NCBI GenBank assembly: GCA_964463155.1
Contig: CAYXAY010000004.1
Coordinates: 12,456 to 34,565 of the forward strand
Reading direction: 5' to 3'
Source of the DNA: an uncultured archaeon
GTDB taxonomy: Archaea; Iainarchaeota; Iainarchaeia; Iainarchaeales; CSSED10-239
Length of the DNA stretch: 22,110 bases
The notes beneath the pieces are model-generated. The model was given only the letters and a program-made list of their open reading frames with translations. It was not told the origin of the DNA and did not search any database. Each line of letters begins with the position of its first letter. Position 1 is the stretch's first letter. Shown here piece after piece: positions 14,765 to 20,300 of the stretch. Made by a program: the position numbers and the translations under genes.

Positions 14765-14837
14765 GGTCTATGCCGAGATTTGAACTCGGATCCAAAGCTC
14801 CATGGGCTTTGATGCTAACCACTACACTACATAGACC
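14765..14837 (-). tRNA. tRNA-His-like gene (G-1:C73) with non-canonical anticodon loop CCAUGGA (apparent anticodon AUG)
   Basis: Minus-strand cloverleaf:
- G-1, then acceptor GTCTATG/CATAGAC, then C73
- D arm GTGT-AGTGGTTA-GCAT
- anticodon stem AAAGC/GCTTT with loop C-C-A-T-G-G-A (14805..14799)
- 4-nt variable loop GGAT
- T arm CCGAG-TTCAAAT-CTCGG
The fold is good. The isotype call rests on the acceptor-end identity elements, not on the anticodon. Confidence 0.75.
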
Positions 14838-14844
14838 ATTTATC

Positions 14845-15000
14845 TCACATCTTGGAAATAATAATTTTGCCGCCACTGATGTCTAGATTTATATATTGAT
14901 TAAAGCCAATAGATCTTCTTATCTCTGAAGGAATAAGAATTCTATTCTTCTTATCTTTAGAAATTGATTTCGTGATGATGCCAACAAGAGTTGCTGTTCT
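14845..15000 (-). pseudogene. Second AbrB/SpoVT-like repeat, open for 51 codons with no start codon, in the +1 frame relative to the upstream 51-aa ORF
   Basis: Translation: RTATLVGIITKSISKDKKNRILIPSEIRRSIGFNQYINLDISGGKIIISKM*. It matches the looped-hinge-helix signature (D-K-x-x-R-I-x-I-P-x-E-I-R...G...I). There is no ATG, GTG or TTG in frame. It overlaps the upstream ORF by 44 nt. Confidence 0.55.
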
Positions 15001-15112
15001 CTAGAATGACGAGAGCAGAATTTAGGTCATAGCTTACGCTATATCTATTTGCTGTTGCAAGCCTTGGAAGAGATATTCTCCCATAGTCGTCTATTCTACA
15101 GATCTTGTTCAT
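14957..15112 (-). CDS. AbrB/SpoVT/MazE-like looped-hinge-helix domain protein (51 aa, below the ORF-track cutoff)
   Basis: Translation: MNKICRIDDYGRISLPRLATANRYSVSYDLNSALVILENSNSCWHHHEINF*. The ICRIDDYGRISLP segment matches the v-R-k-v-D-x-x-GR-v-v-iP signature. A TATA-like element ends 23 nt upstream of the ATG. Confidence 0.55.
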   Translation of the reverse strand: MNKICRIDDYGRISLPRLATANRYSVSYDLNSALVILENSNSCWHHHEINF

Positions 15113-15135
15113 ATTAATCACTTATAAATATATTA

Positions 15136-15146
15136 GGATTAAAAAC
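15136..15146 (-). promoter_or_regulatory. Promoter-like element GTTTTTAATCC upstream of the AbrB-like ORF
   Basis: It ends 23 nt upstream of the ATG at 15112. An identical 11-mer ends 22 nt upstream of the tRNA-Arg(GCG) 5' end. Confidence 0.4.
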
Positions 15147-15169
15147 ATTTAAAAACAGTTTCTGGGGAA

Positions 15170-15763
15170 CTAATCGTGCATATCATCAAGTAATTTAGTA
15201 ATTTTCATTATTCCAGTGTCGGGAAAATTTTTAATAGAACCATATTTCTCTAATAAAAGAAAATAACCATATTCATGTCTTAATTCTCTAAGCATGTGTT
15301 CATAATCTGCTTTTTGGGGGTTATCTTTTCTTGGCAATTTTTCCATCAGTATTGTTTTTTTTTCTACTAAATAAGTCGAATAATTACCGGGGTCTTTTTT
15401 TAATTTTTGAACAACCCCATAATCTACAAATTCAAATTTTAAATCATATTTTAGTTTTATTCCGCGTATTGCATCAAAAAATACTTTTTTACAACCTTCT
15501 TGTGTTATTTTTGGATCCCTTAATGTATTTGACATTAATCTCAATGCAGTACTTCCCTTATAAATATTTCTAACAACTTTTCGAGTTTCTTCTACTCGAC
15601 TTAAAAATTCATTAGTTTTTAATTTATAATCTTCTGCATTTCTGTTTTGTTCTTCTATTCTTTTTTGTCTTTCTAGTTGTTGTTGCTTTTCTGATTTTTT
15701 ATTTCTTGATTTTGTTAATTTTTCATTAATTGTTGTTTTTAATCTCTTAAATATCCCAACCAT
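15170..15763 (-). CDS. Hypothetical protein (orphan by eye)
   Basis: 197 aa with a GGTGA Shine-Dalgarno sequence 6 nt upstream of the ATG. The N-terminus has an amphipathic helix followed by a basic coiled segment (MVGIFKRLKTTINEKLTKSRNKKSEKQQQLERQKRIEEQ). The C-terminal 120 aa look like a mixed alpha/beta domain. No TM segment and no motif I recognise. Confidence 0.65.
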   Translation of the reverse strand: MVGIFKRLKTTINEKLTKSRNKKSEKQQQLERQKRIEEQNRNAEDYKLKTNEFLSRVEETRKVVRNIYKGSTALRLMSNTLRDPKITQEGCKKVFFDAIRGIKLKYDLKFEFVDYGVVQKLKKDPGNYSTYLVEKKTILMEKLPRKDNPQKADYEHMLRELRHEYGYFLLLEKYGSIKNFPDTGIMKITKLLDDMHD

Positions 15764-15850
15764 AATTATTCACCAATTTTAAATAACTATAAAATCAGAA
15801 TATTTAAAAATAGTAATTAAATTATAAAAATAGGAAAAAATAGAAAATAG

Positions 15851-15858
15851 AAAAAAAA
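15851..15858 (-). terminator. T8 run about 18 nt downstream of the HU stop codon
   Basis: The minus strand reads AATTTTTTTTCTATTTTCTATTTTTTCC, which contains several oligo-T tracts. Confidence 0.35.
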
Positions 15859-15875
15859 TTAAAAAGTAATTATAT

Positions 15876-16145
15876 CTATAATGACTTTTTGAATTCTTTA
15901 CTTACTTTAAATCCAACGCTTTTACTTGCTTTAATCTGGATTGTCTTTCCTGTCTGTGGGTTAATTCCTTTTCTTGCTGCTCTATTCTTTACTGCAAATG
16001 TACCAAAACCAACTAATTGTAATTTCTTGTGTTTCTTAACCACTGCCTTTATTGCATCAAGTGAAAGGTTTAATGTTTCCTCTATCTTTGATTTTGAAAG
16101 GTCTGATTTCTTTCCTATCTCTTCTATTAAAGTTTGTTTATTCAT
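15876..16145 (-). CDS. hup: Bacterial-type nucleoid protein HU/IHF family
   Basis: 89 aa. It has the classic HU layout: MNKQTLIEEI...LVGFGTFAVKNRAARKGINPQTGKTIQIKASKSVGFKVSKEFK, including the beta-arm with the intercalating Pro. A strong AAGGGGGT Shine-Dalgarno sequence lies 7 nt upstream of the ATG. Confidence 0.9.
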   Translation of the reverse strand: MNKQTLIEEIGKKSDLSKSKIEETLNLSLDAIKAVVKKHKKLQLVGFGTFAVKNRAARKGINPQTGKTIQIKASKSVGFKVSKEFKKSL

Positions 16146-16251
16146 TTTTTTACCCCCTTTATTTATAATAAAGATATAATTATTTGATACAAACTCTTTT
16201 TAAACATATCTTTAAAAATCGCTTAAAATTGGCATATTTACTGGTTTTTTC

Positions 16252-16485
16252 CTATTTTTTCTCTTCCTTTTTTATTTCTTCAATGAATGTTTTTTTTGCG
16301 CCGGCCCAAAGCTTTAATGAATAGTATAGAAAGATTGCAGTAAATACTAGTAAGACTAGAAAGATTACAAAAGACATTTGTTTTTGGTAAACCCCGCAGA
16401 TACCTTGACAGGATATATTATTCCAAATTACAAAAAACAATAATCCTAATATTAAGATAACAAAAGCTGTTCTTTTCCAGTGCAT
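16252..16485 (-). CDS. Small two-TM membrane protein with an inter-helix CxxxC
   Basis: I trimmed the track ORF (16252..16530). Its TTG 'start' lies inside tRNA-Arg(GCG), and the first ATG is at 16485 (MHWKRTAFVILILGLLFFVIW-NNISCQGICGVY-...FVIFLVLLVFTAIFLYY...KKEEKK). Confidence 0.55.
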   Translation of the reverse strand: MHWKRTAFVILILGLLFFVIWNNISCQGICGVYQKQMSFVIFLVLLVFTAIFLYYSLKLWAGAKKTFIEEIKKEEKK

Positions 16486-16505
16486 GTTTTTTCGTGTTAA
16501 ATTTT

Positions 16506-16579
16506 TGGACCTATTGGGATTTGAACCCAAGTCGCAAGCTCCGCAAGCTTACATGCTATCCTGGCTACACCATAGATCC
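16506..16579 (-). tRNA. tRNA-Arg (anticodon GCG)
   Basis: 74-nt cloverleaf:
- acceptor GGATCTA/TAGGTCC
- D arm GTGT-AGCCAGGATA-GCAT
- anticodon arm TAAGC-TTGCGGA-GCTTG
- variable loop CGAC
- T arm TTGGG-TTCAAAT-CCCAA
- discriminator A
G34 in the CGN box, rather than A34/I34, is the archaeal pattern. Confidence 0.92.
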
Positions 16580-16601
16580 ACATATATTATATGAATCTAA
16601 A

Positions 16602-16612
16602 GGATTAAAAAC
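16602..16612 (-). promoter_or_regulatory. Promoter-like element GTTTTTAATCC upstream of tRNA-Arg(GCG)
   Basis: It ends 22 nt upstream of tRNA position 1 (16579). The 11-mer is identical to the one at 15136-15146. Confidence 0.4.
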
Positions 16613-16968
16613 TATCTATTGCCTCCAAATCTTGCAGTTCCCCAGATAATTACTGACATTACCCCATACAGTAAAAAGAAATATATAAGAAATGCTACAG
16701 ATGTGACATAGAAGTATTTTATTAATAAGAAATAAAGTAATATACCCACAACAATAAAAGTTAAGATATTATTTCCAAAGGCTTGAACAACCAGTCCATA
16801 TATCACAAAGCCAATGATTATCATAAAAATATATTTTGCAACAGGGAAAAAATATATTGTTACAGGTATTAATAAGATTATAATTAAAATGACTATAAGT
16901 ATCTTCCAAACCAATGAGGCATTCCTTAAGAAAGGAAATATCAAATTCAAAAATCCTTTATTGTTCAT
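16612..16968 (-). CDS. Small polytopic membrane protein (about 4 TM)
   Basis: 118 aa and almost entirely hydrophobic. Its ATG overlaps the stop of the upstream 125-aa gene (ATGA). Confidence 0.65.
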   Translation of the reverse strand: MNNKGFLNLIFPFLRNASLVWKILIVILIIILLIPVTIYFFPVAKYIFMIIIGFVIYGLVVQAFGNNILTFIVVGILLYFLLIKYFYVTSVAFLIYFFLLYGVMSVIIWGTARFGGNR

Positions 16969-17342
16969 CTTTTCCTGCCTGCCTGTTTTATATTTGCCAT
17001 TGTTTGATAATTATCATACCTGTCTTCAATATCTTGGTGCCCTCTTCCTAGCATCTGTTGAGGGTCTGGGCTTTGGTGCTTTTGGCTTTCGCCCATAGTT
17101 ACAAAGAATGTGTCTACGAGTACTGAACCTATGCCTATTGTTATTAGGACATATAACACATAAGCTGAACCAACAAGTGGCCAATAAAAGAATATCAAGA
17201 CAATACACAAAACAACTATTGCGGTGATTGCAAGCCAGTTTTTTGTTATTCTTTCTTTTACAAATATGACTACAAATACAATGAAAGCAATCTTTAGTAT
17301 TAAACCGAAATCATCAAAAAAATTTAATATTATTGAATCCAT
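16965..17342 (-). CDS. Small membrane protein (about 3 TM) with a hydrophilic C-terminal tail
   Basis: 125 aa with three hydrophobic segments. The roughly 45-aa polar tail reads ESQKHQSPDPQQMLGRGHQDIEDRYDNYQTMANIKQAGRKR. The gene starts 27 nt after the giant-protein stop. Confidence 0.65.
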   Translation of the reverse strand: MDSIILNFFDDFGLILKIAFIVFVVIFVKERITKNWLAITAIVVLCIVLIFFYWPLVGSAYVLYVLITIGIGSVLVDTFFVTMGESQKHQSPDPQQMLGRGHQDIEDRYDNYQTMANIKQAGRKR

Positions 17343-17369
17343 ATTTACCCATTAATGTGGAATTGCGGA

Positions 17370-20300
17370 TTACGTTTCTCCTGGAGCAGGGTTTGTCCCT
17401 GGCTTTGCGCTTTCTATAATACTTGCCATTTGCCCTTCTGTAAAGTTAATGTTACTATCAATCCATCTTATTGTTGTTCCTGTCAGGCCACCCCTTATAC
17501 AGGCGTTATTTCTAGTAACATATGTTTCAAACAAGTCTTGAATGTCTATTGTTGCGTTGTTTTGAATCCTTGACAAATTTGTAAAGTTGCCTGTGACTGT
17601 GCCTCCGTTCTGGTCAATATTTCTTATAGTATATATTCTTGACATTTCATTATTGTCAACGTTCTCTAATGTCAATGTCAAATTATTAAAGTTTGTTGAG
17701 TCAGTCATTCTCCAATACATCATTGTTTTGATTAACTTTATTGTGTTGTCATTAGTTCCATAAACTGTTTTAAAAGTGTCTTTTGTTACTCTTGATAATT
17801 GATAAAGGTTGTTGCCTCCAACAAAGCTTTGGTCATTTAATTGCTTTTCTTCTTTGTTATAGTCGTTCCATACTAACAACGGTGAAAAATTGATATCATA
17901 AGATAAGGTGTCTTCTAAAACCTTATAACCTAATCCTTTGTTTTGGCTGTTAACAACTTTTGCATATAATGGTATTGGATAAGATGGGGTGTATTCTGCT
18001 GTAAGATTAAATGTTCCATTATTGTCAATATTTATTAAAGTAATATCAAGTAATTTTCCTTCTGATCTTAATGTCTTTGAAAGATTGTTTGAGTTGTTTA
18101 TTGCATTAATCTTTGTTATGCTGTTGTTTCCGTCTGCTGAAGGATATAAATTAATTGTATCTGATTGAATAACAATTGGAAGATTGTTTAATTGATTTTG
18201 ATTTGTTAAAGACGAACCATAGCCGTCTCTTGCTGATTTGTAAGGGTTTGCTGTAGTTCCATTGCCTATAACTCCCAGTTTACCATCAATTGGCATATAA
18301 TACAGTAAGTTTCTCATAGTGTATGGCATTTCTCTTACTAATTTTAAAGTAATATGTAATGGAGTTGGGCTCAATTTACTAAAATCCGTATTTAAAATTA
18401 TTTGATATTTACCTGGTTTTGTGGTGTTTCTGTCTTGCCCTTCAATTGTTTCAATTCTTCTTATTGTAAATTTACCTGCAAGAACATTTGCGTCTGTTAG
18501 TATACTATTTCCCCAACCGGTTGTATTTGCTGCCTCCAAGAATTCTGTGTTTGCAAGATAGTCTCTTAATAAATCTTGAGATACGCCATCATGCATTAGA
18601 TAAATTTCTTTATTAGATATTAATCCAGTTTCGCTTTGGTTGATTAAAGCAAACACGCTAAATAAAGATTGTACTGAATCACAATGTATTTTCTGCTGAT
18701 CGTATCCTGTATTAGTGTCTGCTACACATATGTTTGTCCAACTTCCATTTGGTGAACCACCCCAATAATAATAAATTTTTGGCTTTGCGTCTGCTCCGGT
18801 CCTACAATCGTTGTATAATTGGCTATCACAACTGCCAAGTATAAAGAAGTTAGAAGTATTAATGTCCATACCACCAACACCAAGGCAGAAGTTGCCATAA
18901 AGCCCGTTTTCCTCAAGAAGTTGTTGTATGTTTTGAAGAACAACAATTACTCTAAAGCTTAGTGCTTGGTTTTTGTCAAAGTTAGAGTTGTTTATTCCTT
19001 TAATATTAAAATTGTGTTGTAATGTTTTAAAAATATCTACAATTTTATATGGCACCCATTGCTGTGCACCGATTTTAAGCGCATTAAAATTTCCATTTAT
19101 ATCAATAGAAATATTTTCTGTTTCATTTGCATTAATATCTTTTGGAGTTATTGGAGTTTTTATTCCTAGATTAGTGTCATTATCAATAAATCTTGTGCTT
19201 GATAGATTTAAGTCATATGTTTTTGTGTTGTTTCTAATTGCCATTGATATACTTTTCTCACAACTGGATGATGAACAAGACATTGAATTTTGGGATCCTA
19301 GGGGAGTAATCGTAATTGTGTGATTGATATCATAAATGCTTACATTTGAATCCAAGGTTTCTTTAAAGTCTACTTGGTTAATTGTATAATTGAAATTAAT
19401 CTTTATTAGTTTGTTTAATATTGGGGTATTTATATTCCTACTATTGTTCAAATCATATCCTATGGTTATTGCTGTTGTTCTTCTTAAAATTTCGATATCA
19501 TTAGTTGGGACAATAACATTAACATAGCCAAGCAATTCTGATGGGATATTATAGTCTAATTTTACTGTTCCTGTTGTGTTTGAATCATTGACTATTACAT
19601 AATTAACATCAACTCTTGATGATTTGTTTTTTATTAATTCTACAGTTAAATTGTTAGAAATAATTCTAGCGCCTGGTTTTGGCAGTCCATTAACTCCCGT
19701 GTTCATGTTTATATCAAACAACACTTGTGTTTTTGTGTTTGCATCAAGTGCAAGTATTACTGATTGATTAAGATACGCACCAACATTAATAATATTATTA
19801 TATCCTCCAAGTATTTCTGGGTTTCTTGGGCTGTTGGTGGTTGGAATTCCTGACAATGCAATTCTTGTCTTTATCTCTCTATTAATATCAGAAAGAACAT
19901 AAGGAAGAGGCGGGTTGTTATTTACAAGATAATTATTGACATCATTTAAATCAATAAATGTTTCTTGAAGATATCCACGTGGTTCTATTCTTGTCAAATT
20001 GCCTCTGTTATCGCTGTATCTTGCTATAAAGTATGATTTTTCTTCCGTTGTAATATTTGTTATTCCATTGTTCTTGTATTTTCCTACTCTATAGATTATT
20101 GGATTTAAACCGCTTATTTCTGTCTTGTTCTCTAATAATAATTTATATCCTGATTTTACTGTTTTTGCGATAATAATTTGATTACCAGAAAAGCCAAAGC
20201 TAGCTGGGAACTGCGCAAATATAAAATTTACATTTGAACCAATCAAGTTTTTGGAAAGAGAAATGTTCTTGTCTTTTAGCATACCATTGACATCTGTTAC

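Noticed and set aside
14765-14837. Reading the tRNA-His-like gene as tRNA-Met/Ile2 (anticodon CAU), or as a plus-strand tRNA
   Set aside because: CAU would occupy loop positions 2-4, not 3-5, of the only 5-bp stem / 7-nt loop that forms. G37 and C73 do not fit Met. The GG-containing D-loop and the TTCAAAT T-loop are correct only in the minus orientation.
15331-16179. Plus-strand ORFs 15331..15573 and 15889..16179
   Set aside because: They lie antisense to the 197-aa gene and to HU. The HU assignment on the minus strand is unambiguous.
16486-16530. The first 15 codons (TTG start) of track ORF 16252..16530
   Set aside because: These codons are the 3' part of tRNA-Arg(GCG) read as protein. The first ATG is at 16485.
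14765-16579. An integrated mobile element bounded by the two tRNA genes (AbrB-like gene, orphan, HU, small membrane protein)
   Set aside because: There is no integrase, recombinase or capsid gene. I found no direct repeat of a tRNA 3' segment; the only chance match is 8 nt (CCTATTGG) at 13209. There is no visible compositional break.
16814-17573. ORFs 16814..17098 (+), 17026..17208 (-, alternative frame) and 17355..17573 (+)
   Set aside because: They overlap the two small membrane-protein genes or the giant gene's 3' end. They are out of frame or antisense, Cys/Arg-rich, and have no signals.
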